A stretch of DNA of 64,000 bases. Origin: Octopus sinensis. Taxonomy: Eukaryota. A model generated the notes under the pieces. The model did not search any database, was not told where the DNA came from, and saw only the letters and a program-made list of their open reading frames with translations. Of the stretch, positions 49,721 through 64,000 are shown in pieces (positions within the stretch are counted from its first letter, which is position 1; each line of letters begins with the position of its first letter). The position numbers and the translations under genes were made by a program. Location: NCBI RefSeq assembly GCF_006345805.1, contig NC_043001.1:101990001-102054000 (forward strand). Direction: 5' to 3'.

Positions 49721-50549
49721 TTTTTACTATTATTATTATTATTTGTAAGGTGGTAGGCTGGAAGAGTGGTTACCTTATAAACAAAATGCTTGGCAGCATT
49801 TCTTCTAGCTTTACATTTTGAGTTCAAATCCCACCAAGGTTAACTATGTCATTTTTGTGGGGTTGATAGAATAAGTATCCATCAAGCACTGGGATCAATA
49901 ATATCTACCTTCCCCTCCCCCTAAAATTGTTAGCCTTGCCAACCAGAATTTAAATCCAGTATTATTATCCCTTTTGTATCTGACCCCTATCATGGAATTT
50001 AAGTGGGTTTACTCTTGGATAAGAACCCATCACCTCTCACCTCAGATTTTCACCTTTCCTAACAAGCAGGCCAGTTGCATGTAGTCCGTGGATGTGGCCA
50101 ATAGTTTCAATAATGAGAATTTGTATGAGCAACTGAAAGAAAAATACATTTCAAACTCTCTAACAAATAATTTTGAAGATATTGATAACAACAACAACAA
50201 CAACAGTGACACTTGCACAAAGTTATATATTTTAAGTCACTGATCCAGGGACTGTGTTAAAACTAATCTTATTATGGTTGTAACCAAAACTGGGTTGTCA
50301 GGTTTAACATATTTCCTCAAACACACACACACACACACACCAAATGTAGTTGGGAGATGTGTTTTAAAATAGTGTTTATTTGCTGCAGAATTTAATTCTT
50401 GAGAGATCAAAGGAAAAAAATGAAAAAGCTATGTTTCTTTGTTTTAAAAAGGATGATACAAGAATTGAATTATCATTAAAGCAGTAATTACAACTGAAGC
50501 ATTCCAGGAAATCTCAGAGAAATTTTTTTTGATTGGAGGAGGGAAAGGT

Positions 50550-51110
50550 TATGGTTATCTCAGCTGCACTGTTAAATCTGAAGACTCAAACTGAAAGTGT
50601 TTGGTATACATCTGCCTGTAGACTTATGTTCCAGTATAAAGAGCCAAAAATACAAGAATAAGAGACACTGGAAGCAATGTTGATCTATGGCCAAGTATTT
50701 TATATGCATTGTAGTCTGGGTAGATGGTTAGAGTGGACCAGAGGAGATGTAGAGTCAAGAAGTATCTAAATGGTTTTGCAAGTCCTATTGACCTCCAAAG
50801 GCCACAAGACTAAACTCAACTGTGTCCTGTTGAATGTTCCAAAACAAAGGGCATGAGTTTGATGGTACAAAGTAAAGGGGCTAATTCCTACATGTGTCAT
50901 AGGGGAGGAAAACCTTTTTTGCTCAGAGGAACAGAGAAAACTCGGCAAGGAAATGAGGAAAGAAAGCACAAACTGGACAGGGCAGCAACAAGAGTGTCCA
51001 GAGCAACAAACCTCAGTGTCTGGGGAAAGACCTATCACTTCTTCAATGATGAAGGAGGTTTATCACCACATACCCATCCTAGAATACAAACAAGCAGACA
51101 CTCCATTTCC
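50550..51110 (+). pseudogene. Possible RTE APE-endonuclease region relic
   Basis: GHKTKLNCVLL and VIGEENLFCSEEQRKL loosely resemble QIDYIL / VIPGEECVTQHRL; weak. Confidence 0.25.
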
Positions 51111-52524
51111 TAAGAGTAACAACTAGCAGCATCACTTCATTGTTATGCGATGAGGAAGAGATAATGGATGCTTAGAAAAATATATCAAGGCATAAATAGT
51201 AAGCTTTAAAAAAAAATTGTGAATAAGTTTTGGGGGTCAATTGATTCAATTAGAAATTCTTGAAAGCAGTGCTCCAGCATGGCTGTCGTCTAATGACTAA
51301 AGGAAGTAAAATAAAATGACAAATACACAAATAAAGATTGTCACTCATATGTTAATTAATTAATTAACTGAATAAAGAGATATGCATTCAATTAATACAA
51401 TCAGGCCTTGCCAGCAGTTTTGCCAATTATAAAACAAAACATTTTTAATACTACATTCTGTATCACAAGTACCATAGATGTGAAGTGGATTGGATGAGGT
51501 AAAACTTGCAAGAGAAACAGAATACAAAGGATCACAATATTAAAATAGAGAAGAAAATAGTCAGTTATTTCATTTCTACTCTAGGCCCAAGGCCCGAAAT
51601 TTTGGGGGAAGGAGCCAGTTGATTAGATCAACCCCAGTATGCAACTGGTACTTAATTTATCGACCCCCAAAGGATGAAAGGCAAAGTCGACCTTGGCAGA
51701 ATTTGAACTCAGAATGTAAAGACAGATGGAATACTGCTAAGCATTTTGCCCAGCATGCTAACGATTCTGCCAGCTGATGAGATTAACTCTGCAAGGTTTC
51801 CGATCTTATGCAATAAGATTTTTATATCACAGGACAGGTAGAATATCAAAATTACGTAAAATATTATAATTAGGGTAATTTTATTTGTTTGCGATGTTTT
51901 CCTGGGCTTTTTTGTTTTTTTGTCTTTTTTGAAAATTCAGCAAAATTGGCTTCAAATTTTGGCACAAGGCCTGCAACTTCAAGAAAGGGAGTAAATGCAT
52001 TACATAGAGCCCAGTTCTCAATTGGTATTTAATTTCATTGTCCCCAAAAGCATGAAGAGCAAATTCACCCTTGGCCAAATTTGAACTCAGAACAACTGAA
52101 ACGCTGCAAAGCATTTTGCCCACCATGCTAACCATTCTCCCTCAAAACTCAGAAATACTGGAAGACATTCCTGATTATGTCAAAGAGCTAAGAATCTATA
52201 AAAGGTGGTTAGAGACTGAGTGCACAGTCTATGGTAAGCCAATACATCAATAGAGGAAGTGGAGAATCGATTATCATCCCAAGAAAAATTTCAGTTGATT
52301 AAATTTATGTAAAATACGCTTGAGTCTTTTTTAGCTTCTTTAACAACACCCGTGAACAGCAGATATTCAGTTCCAACTGCATTCCTTTCAGCTTTTTAAA
52401 TACTTTATTATTACAAAACTGAAATATAATTGCTGGGGAATATTTGCTGCTCAGCAGCCAAAGTGATGGGAGACAATAAAAGTTTCTTTTCATAGGCATA
52501 ATTAATCCTGTTTCCCAAGCTGAA

Positions 52525-53945
<1,421 letters not shown>

Positions 53946-54354
53946 ATCATATATACATATGTATTTGTCAACGTTTTTATAGCAAGTGACAATAAAAACA
54001 ACTTTACATTATACTGAAGGATTACTCACTATTATTTGTAGAGTACATATTATATTTTTAGAAGGAAAGTGATGACAGTGACTTCGAACTTTCAGTTTGC
54101 TGGCCTTCACTGAGCTGAGATACTTTTGAATTCATTTTTGTTTCATAAGGTTCTAGTAACTTTAGTTTGAGCTATTTTTACAACAATTAGGTTATAGGCT
54201 AAATTCTGATAGCAAGTTATTGTTGGTTTTAATTGTTTAATGTTGGAGTTGTGTTATTGTTCGGAGCTCAGCTTCAGGTTTTGGTGTTGGTTTTTTTTTT
54301 TCGGATACACATAATGGCCTCTAGAGTTATGATGAGCAGAAAAAAACTGAGGAA

Positions 54355-54705
54355 TGAATTCTGATGAAGTCTTTACCTTCATGAAATCATTGCCAGTTCT
54401 CACTTTACTGTGTCTTTATACATAGCCTGCACAGCCGTCACAAGCCATTTATCTGTTCCTAGTTCCCTTAGTGACTACCAAATAACAAAGTGTGCTACCC
54501 TGTCACATGCTTTCTTCAAATCTACAAAAACCAGAAATAGTGGTTACAAGGAAGATTGCACAAGTGGTACCTTTTCCATGTATGAAACCAAACTGCATCT
54601 CATCTCTCTTCTGCAATTGTGTTTTGACTCTCTCCATGACCTGCATAACCTTATCTAGCAGCCTGATTCCTTTATAGTTAATTCCCTAAGGCATCACCTT
54701 TGCCT
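54355..54705 (-). pseudogene. RTE RT fragment
   Basis: KGIRLLDKVMQVMERV, DEMQFGFIHGKGTTCAIF, FVDLKKACDRV, SLRELGTDKWLVTAVQAMYKD. Confidence 0.85.
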
Positions 54706-54769
54706 ACAGAGCAGTTTATGATGGGACTCTATGCCAATTACTGAGTATGACTCTTTCTACAGTTCTATA

Positions 54770-54950
54770 TTTCCAGGTAGTGACCTGAATAATAATAATA
54801 ATAATAACATTGAAAAATACCTTAGGAATGAGAACCCAGGTTCGAAATATCCCTAAGACACTTGATGAAGTCTGGAGAGTATATCAGCCGAAACGTGTTA
54901 ACAACAAACAAGATGAGGACAAATATCCGTCAAATGTAAATAAGGTAAAT
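54770..54950 (+). mobile_element. Hammerhead element, head truncated, core mutated
   Basis: (AAT)n; GACAC-TTGATGA..CAGCC-GAAACGTGTT at 54857-54899. Confidence 0.8.
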
Positions 54951-55367
54951 AACAACTCTTTCTAGTACGACTTGTTCAGAGTGTATTCACTACTATGACG
55001 GTGAAGGACCCATGAAGAACTGATCTGTTTCATGGACCCATGGACCCTGTTTAGGGGTATGACATCATTGGAGTTAAATGCGGTTTCTTGAAAAATATTA
55101 GAATATTATGATTGATAATAGGTGATTTTGTAGAAGATTTACTTATTAATACTTGACCATATTAACAGAAAAGGTGAGAGAGAAAGAGAGAGAGTTGGAT
55201 ATTTAAGCACTTAGATTCAAATATAAAAAAATAGAAAGATAAATGGAAGATGAATGGATTGATGAGAGAATGTTGGAATGAAAGATTAAATGGATGGAGT
55301 GAGGGAGGGATGGGTAGATGGACAGCTGGGTGGGTGGATGGATGGATGGATGGATGGATAGTTAGGC

Positions 55368-55404
<37 letters not shown>

Positions 55405-57009
55405 GTTCGATAGGCTGATAAATAGATAGACAGACAGACATACAGAGAGACATGCATATACATGCATGCATGCATGCATACATACATACATACAGACAGA
55501 CAGACAGACACGTTGATAGATAGATATGTCTAAGTTAAATTAACTAACAATATGCTGTTTGTGTGTTATTTCATTGCTAATCTAGTAAATCAGCAAGTTG
55601 AACATGATTAATGATTGAGGAAAGAGCAGACCTGCTTTTATCTGATATCCAGCTTCTTGCCAACAGCTTTTAGTTTTTTAATGAAGAAGACTTTCACTTG
55701 GAACTTATTCACAGCATCCTTGTTTTCTTCAATGATCTCTATTTTATACGTCTTCTCCATATGTTAGTCCGGATTGGAACATGGCACGGACTGATGGGAA
55801 TTGATCCTCACAGAAAGGAATCACTTGTGAGATTCCATACGTCTCACCCCACCGTGGGTGCAACTAAATTTCTTATTCACATCTTTTTTTAAAATTTTTT
55901 TTTATTCTTGAGACTGCAGCTGGCCTTGAAGAAGTTTTAGCCGAAGGAATTAGCCTCAGGACTTATTTTTCATTGTCTTTAAGCTTGGTATTTATTCTAT
56001 CATTCTCTTTTTGCCAAACTGCTAAGTTACAGGGATGTAAAAATACATCAACATCAGATGTCAAGTGGTGGTGGGAGACAAACATAGACACACTCACACA
56101 CACACACACACACACACACACGACAGGCCTCTTTCAGTTTCACAGGGCTTTGGTCAACCCAAGAAGACACTTGCTCAAGATGTCACACAGTGGAACTGAA
56201 CCTGGAACCATGTGATTGGGAGGCAAGCCATGCCTATATCTATGCTGTTTATTTTTATCTATATCATACAAACATTACCTGATTAACTAATCTGATTGGT
56301 TAACACCTAAGAGTTCATGTTGCTTTTGTGTTGTTGTTGTTCTTCTTTTTGTTTGAGAATTATTGTCAAAGAGTGTAAACTTGCTTCTTCATCTTAACAC
56401 GAACACCAGACCAGTTTCTTTATCAGTTCTCAATCTGTCCTCCAAAGTATGGCCGGTCAGCAGAAGATCCTTTCTGCTTTATTTACTTCTATTTTGCCTT
56501 CTTATGTCTTTCCTTCCTTGTCACTTTCTCTTATCTTTATCAAGTATTGTTTACAGAATCCTGTTATTTATTTATGGGTGGACACAGTAATGACAGTCTT
56601 ATATAAACAAGTATGAGCTTTATAGGTTTAGGAAGTGCCACTTGGGCCTGGAAACAGCCCAGACACACCTCTGCTGTGTTTGGGTTGCCTCCAGAACCAA
56701 ATGCCCAGTCCAAAATTACACTCACCACCTTTCCACCCAAGGATTCACCATAAAGGAAAGACAGGTCAATATGTTCACCACATTCATGGAGCTTGAAGAT
56801 ATTTCCACATATTGTTGAAATGTAACTATACACATCTGCCTTTGGGTCCGTCCCTCTTGATTTTCTGTAGAGCTTTACTCCCTTAGCCTTTTTAACTGCT
56901 CAATAAATCACCCCAAAATGTAGTAGTACAATGCTCCTAAGAGCCACATATGTCCTTGATTATGAAAACCATTTCTATATATAATACTGAACTGATGGCA
57001 GCCTAATAT

Positions 57010-57207
57010 AGTTCTATATCTAAGAGATGAGGAATTATGTACATTATTTACATTATTTACATTTAACAGATGTTTGTCCTCATCTTGTTTGTTGTTAGCA
57101 CAACGTTTCGGCTGATTTACCCTCCAGCCTTCATCAGGTGTCTTGGGGAAATTTTGAACCTGGGTTCTCATTCCTAAGGTATTTTTCAATGTTATTATTA
57201 TTATTAC

Positions 57208-57241
<34 letters not shown>

Positions 57242-57600
57242 GTGACCAATGCCAGCGCCGCCTTGACTGGCTTCTGTGCCGGTGGTACATAAAAAGCACC
57301 AACCGATTGTGGCCGCTGCCAGCCTCCCCCGGCACCTGTGCTGGTGGCATGTAAAAAGCACCCACTACATTCACGGAGTGGTTGGCATTAGGAAGGAGAT
57401 CCAGCTGTAGAAACACTGCCAGATCAGACTGGAGCCTGGTGCAGCCTCCTGGCTTCCCAGACCCCTGTCGAACCGTCCAACCCATGCTAGCACGGAAAGT
57501 TGACGTTAAATGATTATGATGATGAGGTCAATGCCTGAAATCAGAATCTTGGGGTTAGTAGCCTGCGCTCTTAACCACTATGCCATATGCCCGTGAGCAT
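57010..57600 (-). mobile_element. Full tRNA-head/hammerhead element split by an RTE-tail SINE in its (AAT)n
   Basis: Head 57525-57600, SINE 57241-57524, hammerhead 57097-57142 with intact core. Confidence 0.85.
57097..57142 (-). ncRNA. Minimal hammerhead ribozyme (family 1), intact core
   Basis: GACAC-CTGATGA-A-GGCTG..CAGCC-GAAACGTT-GTGCT (one stem I mismatch). Confidence 0.7.
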
Positions 57601-58065
57601 AATGTTCAAGCTGAGACAATCACTCTTCCACACTTTGACAACACAGCCAAAAGCTACTCTTTGCTGATGGCACTTGTCAGTCCTGCATCATGTAGTCTCT
57701 TCCTTTACAGAGGCTAGTGACCTCTTTGAACTGGAAATCAGTTTGACAAATGCAGACGTTCTCCAACGTTCCAAACTTTAAGAAGATTATTACCCTCTTT
57801 GCTTCACCTTCAGTGAAACAAAACTGAAAGCAGTCCACCACCCCATTTACATGGAGTGCATGATGTTGTTGGATGTGTCAAAAGTAAAAAATTAAAATGT
57901 TTGACAAAAAAGACTTGAAAAGCAAAGAGAATATTTAAGAGATCACAGAGAAAAGTCTGGAGCAGCCAGCCTCTGAGAAAAGGTGAGAGATGAGTGTGGA
58001 GGGAGACATTATTTCATGCCATTCTTCTTGTACAGCTCTGAGTTGTTGGTTACCTACAGACTCAC

Positions 58066-58202
58066 CCACAATGGTTTGAGTTCTTGCAATCTGCTGCTTC
58101 TGCACCATCCTCAGCATCCACTGGGGTAATTTTGCAGCCAACAACCAAGCCCTTAAACAGGTACAAGTTACTGGTATCAATGCCATGCTGTCAAAGACAT
58201 GA
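58066..58202 (-). other. Candidate exon (strand ambiguous)
   Basis: Acceptor CTCCTCTCTTTTAG and donor TGG|GTGAGT; the antisense frame is also open with weaker splice sites. Confidence 0.25.
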
Positions 58203-58984
58203 CTAAAAGAGAGGAGCATTGCATACTTGAGACCCTACTCTATGATAAACTCTACTCTATATTACACTCTACAATAAATTCTATGATAAACTCTATGACA
58301 GACCCTACTCTATAGTAGGGTCTATCATAAACTCACTATAACAAAGGGCCAGAAAAAGGGCTTAAAAATGGGCTCTGAAGAAATCCCATGGTGCCTGTTA
58401 CATCAAAGCTCTACTATGTGCTGTAATTTCAAGAACTGATGAGACACCATTTACCAGTCTGTCTCTTCCTTGAGGAATTCATGCACAGTTGAGCTTGTGG
58501 AGAAAAGGAGATGGAGAAAGAACTGTGACACAATAGCAGAGCAGCCAGGATAGAATTTTCACTGCAATTGCTGCAGCCTGGTCGTTCTATTCCATGTTGG
58601 CCTAGTTAACTACTAGTATTATTTGCAGGTAACATAGATGGCACCTTTCAGAAATGTCTTCTAAGCTGGCAGGTGTGAATTCCCATCAATGAGTAATGAC
58701 CAACTGGACGACTATCCAGGTAATATTGTCCGTAGATGAAAGGATATCACGACTGCCATATATCAATGTTTGGGTTGTGTTGTACCACAGAGAGCCTCAC
58801 AACAGAGACTCCTCTCCTACACATCCCAGGAGACCACCGTTTCTATCCTTCCACCCCCACCCCCACTCATGCACTGTTAATGTCTGGCAAGGGAGATTGC
58901 TCCTTCTCTCTACAGGGTGGCCCAAAAGTAGGTTTACAGTTATTCAACCATCTCTTTCACATTCATATATTAACTGTTTAGATC

Positions 58985-59270
58985 TTAATTATTTACATTT
59001 GATGGATATTTGTCCTCATCTTTTTTGTTGTTAACACAACGTTTCACCTGATATACCCTCCAGCCTTCATCAGGTGTCTTGGGGAAATTTCGAACCTGGG
59101 TTCTCATTCCTAAGGTAATTTTCGATGTTATTATTATTATTATTATCATCATCATTATCGTTATTATTATTATTCAGGTCACTGATTGGAATCGAGCTCA
59201 GAATCTTGGGGTTAGTAGCCAGCGCTCTTAACCACTACACCATAATTCCTCTTCTCTTAAATATAGAACA
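58985..59270 (-). mobile_element. Full tRNA-head/hammerhead element with an inverted tail fragment at its 5' end
   Basis: Hammerhead 59033-59078 (stem II disrupted), head 59175-59242, plus-strand tail piece CATAATTCCTC..AATATAGAACAG at 59242-59270. Confidence 0.85.
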
Positions 59271-59878
59271 GTTTAGATCATAATTATAAAATAAAATGAA
59301 ACCATTATTCTATGCTAATTTAGTTAATTGTAAGATAGAAATTTAAACATAATAAAATGTTATAAAAACAATTTAAAGTGCTTACATGATATCTGCAAAC
59401 CTATTTTTGGGTCACCCTGTATAAAAAAATCTGTAGAGCATCTCAGAATATCACACTTGCATAAAAATTTATTCATGAAGTCAAGCCATGATGATGATGA
59501 TGTGTGTGTGTTTTAAGACCTCGGTTGCTTAGGGTGTTCAGACAAGGTGTTTTGCTGAAGACAAACAGTTGTGTCTCTCCACACACCCCTAATTTGTCCA
59601 AGAGAAACACAGGACAGGTGCCATCTGGCACCAGTGTCATTACAGGTATTTCTGTGAGAATACAAAGAGCTGGAACATATATTACAAGACATCCAATAAT
59701 CCAACACTGGAACAATTCCACCAATTTCTCCAGGAATGATAAAAAGTAAAGTTGACCTCAGCTGGGTTGGAACACAGAGTGAAGAGAACTAGATTAAATA
59801 CAAAGCATTGTATCCAACACCCTATCCACTTTGCCATACACAATATCTGTACACATGCACACACACGCACACACACAC

Positions 59879-59914
<36 letters not shown>

Positions 59915-60074
59915 TATGTGTGTGTGTGTATGAATATTCATGATCAAATCCATTTAAAAGGATCTATATATTTATAGATATGACATGTATGAAATGTTAC
60001 GTATACACTTATCTGCATATATATATCGACAGATAGATATTGGTGTGTGTGTGTGTGTGTGTGTACATATATGC

Positions 60075-60106
<32 letters not shown>

Positions 60107-60293
60107 AAATATATATATACACACATGTATGTATATATGTATATATATATATATATATGTGTGTATGTATATATGCATGTGTGTGAATGTGCTTGTGAGT
60201 ATATGTGTACATATATGCATATGTAAATATATACATATATATGTAAATATATATATACATGCACATATGTATGTGTATATGTGTGTATGTATA

Positions 60294-60375
<82 letters not shown>

Positions 60376-61139
60376 CGCACATACATGCATACATAATATA
60401 ATTATTCATATATATATAAATAATGTATTTATAAGCACCTATGTACATGTGTGTATATATATATGTATGTATGTCTTTCTGCTTTTCTATTCTGATATTG
60501 TTTATGAATATCTCTGTGTATGTGTGTTTTAGCATGTGTGTAATGTTAGTGGTCTTTTTTTTCCCCCCCCCCTATTTGTTGTTGTTTTTCCGCTCCTTCC
60601 CTCCTTTCAACCTCTAAGCATTGGTATTGATGCCGTGTTATTATGGAATCATATCTTTTGTGTTTGACAATGCAATGTTAAATAGAATATTTGCCATGAT
60701 TTTCTCCGCTGCCGGATCGCATTGAGTTGTCAGTTATAAACCACAGAGAATAAGTCCACAGCATTGAGTCATTGAAAAAAATCTTATCAATTCCACATTT
60801 ATTCAGTGGTTACTTGAGAAACAAACAGCGTGTTTCCGTGCTTCTTTCCTGACGCTTTGTCCTTGCACTGTTCTCTGGGAATGAAGTCTCCTATTACAGC
60901 TTCGACTATATTTGTACGCTGCCAAAGTAGAGACTATTTATCCAGCTATCCCTTCTTACATGCATATATACATAACTGTGTGTGTGTATGCATATATGTA
61001 GCTAGGTCTGTATGTAGTTGGTATATATTTGCTTACATCCTTATATATATGTGTCTATGCATCCATTTGTGTGTGTGTGTGTGTAAGATAAATTCAAAGA
61101 ATTAAATAAGAGACACACATGCACACACCCTGATATCCT

Positions 61140-61470
61140 GCAAGTCAGCCATTAAATCTATTCAGCTATCTTACCTTCAGTGATGAAGACGTTAAAACTC
61201 CCACTCGTTTAGCCACTTTCACTTTCACTCTCGCTCCCTCCTCCCCGCACGCCCCTCCATCACCCACTCCCCTTACCAAAGTAGAGACTGTAAATTAATC
61301 AGGAATTTATTTCTTACCAAGTCACCCGAGCATGGATTTCATGAATGTTTTATGAAGCAAAGACATAGGAGTGTGGATATGCGATGTGACGTGATGGTGT
61401 GCGATGGCCAAGAGATGAAAGACTTGGGAGGAGGAGAAGTCAGCGAGCGGAGGGGCGGCGGGGAGAGGAA
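61140..61470 (-). promoter_or_regulatory. Possible promoter-proximal or first-exon region
   Basis: GC/CpG-enriched non-repeat DNA with three minus-strand GTAAG donor motifs (GT at 61174, 61276 and 61317). Confidence 0.2.
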
Positions 61471-63525
61471 AATTTGCTGAAGATAGAAAAGTGTAAATGG
61501 ATTTTATATAAAGAGCACACTGTCGAAGTTGTTGTTGTTGCTGTTGTTGTTGCTATTTTTTTTTTCCTTCTTTTCTTTGCTTGATGTTGTTAAATGCATT
61601 TCAAATAAGTGTGTTGTTATATTGTTTTGGCCTTTTCTTTCTCTCCGATCTACGATCCCATCCTGTCACAGACATTCTTAGTTCAATATCTGACAAAGAA
61701 ATGTCATTTAATGAGAGGGGAGGGGAAAATATTTCCCTTTTGTTTTATGGGGCGGGGGGTACGGTGGCGATGCCTTTTTTTTCTTCATTTTTGTTAATAT
61801 TTGGTTTTTGTTATTTCCATTTTTGATTTTCTTAATGTTTACACACACTAATCGTTTCTCTCTCTCTCTCTCTCCCCTTCTTCTCTCTCCATCTTCCTCT
61901 CTCTCTTCGTCTTCCTCTCTCTCTCTCCTCTTCCTCTCTCTCTCTCCCTCTCTCTCTCTCCTCTCTCTCTTATGCTCTCCCTTCTCTCTCTTCTTCTCTT
62001 CCCTCTTCCTCTCCTCTCTCCCTTTCTTTCCTTCTTCCTCCTCATCTCTCTCCCTCTCTCTTTATCTCTATCTCTCACTCTCTCTCTCTTATGTTCTTTT
62101 CCCTCTCCCTTCTCCCTCCCTCTCTCTCCATCTCTCTTACTCTCTTTCTCCTTCCCTCTCCCTTACTCTCCCCCTTTCCCTCTCCCCTTCTCTCTCCCTT
62201 ATTCTCTCTCCCGTTCTCTCTCTCTTACTCTCTTCCTATCTCTCTCTCTCTCTCTTACTCTCCCCTCTCTCTCTCTCTCTCAATAGTTCCAAGTAAATTC
62301 CCGAACTAAGCTTCCTGAGTTACACTACACTAACTCGATTTCCTTGCTTTCTGAAGTGAGAGTCATGGCTGGCTATATCTCTGGAACTTCAACTTTAATA
62401 ACTAAATATTCAACAGTCCATATTCTGCAATGACAATATTAGTAAATATTTCATTAAATATAACTGACAGAATTTAAAGAATCTACTGATGGTTATGGGT
62501 GGTCACATTTGGAACCAGCCTGAAACATAGACCAAGTTTTCTCAATAACACACAACCATACCTCATTTACGTTTACCATTCTCTTGTGACATTAAGACAA
62601 TTATGACAGAATTAGATGAAGATTTGCTACTGTACCTACTACTAATTTGTCAACATTCTTTAACCTTTAACCATTCTTTAACCTTACAAGAAACCAATCC
62701 TGATTCTGTGATACAAAATTCCTGTTTCCAAATTATGTAAACTAAAACTTATTATTAAGATTTTGGGTTAACTTCAACTCTAGACACCATCTTAAAAATG
62801 AGAAAGTTATTTCGCTAAATTCTTTAATATTTTAAAAACTAATTGAAATGAAAATAAAGATTTTCAACAGAAGCCATCAGCATCATTGTCGTCGCCGTTG
62901 TCGTCTGCTTTCCATGCTGGCATGGGTTGGATGGTTTGACATGGAGCTGGTTAACAGGAAGCTTTCCAGACTCCACCTGTCTGTTGAGGCATGGCTTCTA
63001 TGGCTGGATGCCCTTCCTAACACCAACCACTCAACTGAGTTTACTGTGAGCTTTTCCCGTGCCACCAGCATGAGTTCTTTTCATGTGACACTGGCACATA
63101 TAATAACAAAAGTTATTACATGAGTTCAAAGCTTCCTGAGTTCAAAGCTTCCTGAGTTCAAATCCTGCTGCAGAAGATTTTTACCTCTTCTTCTTCCAAG
63201 AACAATAAAATCTAGTCTACTTTTTATTTTTATCTTTCGTTTGTTTCAATCATTTGACTGTGGCCATGCTTGAGCACCACCTTGAAGAATCCTTTATTTT
63301 TAAGCTAGGTACTTATTGTATTAGTTTCTTTTGCTGAACTGCTAAGTTAGAGGGATATAAATACACCAACACCAATTGGCGGACAAACACAGACACACAC
63401 ATGCATTCATACATACATCCATACATACACACACACACATACATACATACAACCATTCATACATACAAACATACATACATATCTACATAGATATATACAT
63501 ACATTCATACATATATACACAATAC

Positions 63526-63584
<59 letters not shown>

Positions 63585-64000
63585 TACACACGCGCACACC
63601 CATATACACATACACACACACTCATACACACATATTCGTTAGATTCTTTCAGTTTCCATCTATCAAATCTACTCACAAGGCTTTGGTTTGTCCAAGGCTA
63701 TAGTAGAAGACACTTTCCCAAAGTTCCACACAGTGAGACTGAACCCAGAACCATTTAATAACAATATGATCTTGTACCAAACTTAGAAATCCTAGATTCA
63801 CAGAACCTTCATGCTACCAGAAAATATACCTTGTTGTATTTCTGTCAGCTCGTTAACTATTTCTTTTCTCTGCTTGATTTCCCAAAATAATCTTTTTTTT
63901 CTACCTCACCTGATTTTATGTAACTCACCACACCATCACCACCACATAAATTGTAACCTTTCTCTGTGATGTCCCCTTCACTTTCTGAAATATTTAGGGT

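Noticed and set aside
54361-54390. CTGATGAAG..GAAATC hammerhead-like string
   Set aside because: No stem I, stem II does not abut GAAA, and it lies within the RTE RT coding relic on the opposite strand.
56360-56900. Possible RTE C-terminal relic (WTGHL)
   Set aside because: Too degenerate to support.

Overview
AT-rich, repeat-saturated eukaryotic DNA. The microsatellite load and the SINE, LINE and MITE families suggest an octopus/cephalopod genome (inference from recalled repeat families, not a database result). No intact, nameable protein-coding gene is supported, and most ORFs in the supplied track are microsatellite translations. Recognisable content: RTE LINE fragments (one 3' end with three C2H2 fingers), three restriction-like-endonuclease (R4/Dong-type) LINE 3' ends abutting microsatellites, an L1/Tx1 RT relic, hAT, pogo and mariner transposase relics (mariner near full length, 45629-46898), several MITEs and at least three SINE-like families. 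The most notable signal is a Penelope-like-element (PLE) system. A GIY-YIG ORF end at 7165-7687 runs directly into a terminal repeat built as tRNA-like A/B-box head + (AAT)n + minimal hammerhead ribozyme (GACAC-CTGATGA-A-GGCTG..CAGCC-GAAACGTT-GTGTT). That module recurs as free SINE-like units (9 ribozyme copies in the window), often in fold-back/inverted junctions. A second hammerhead-like family with a CTGT(T/G)GA core sits beside palindromes at 32.1 and 49.4 kb. Weak splice-signal evidence hints at a minus-strand host gene (41.1-41.5, 58.1, 61.2 kb).
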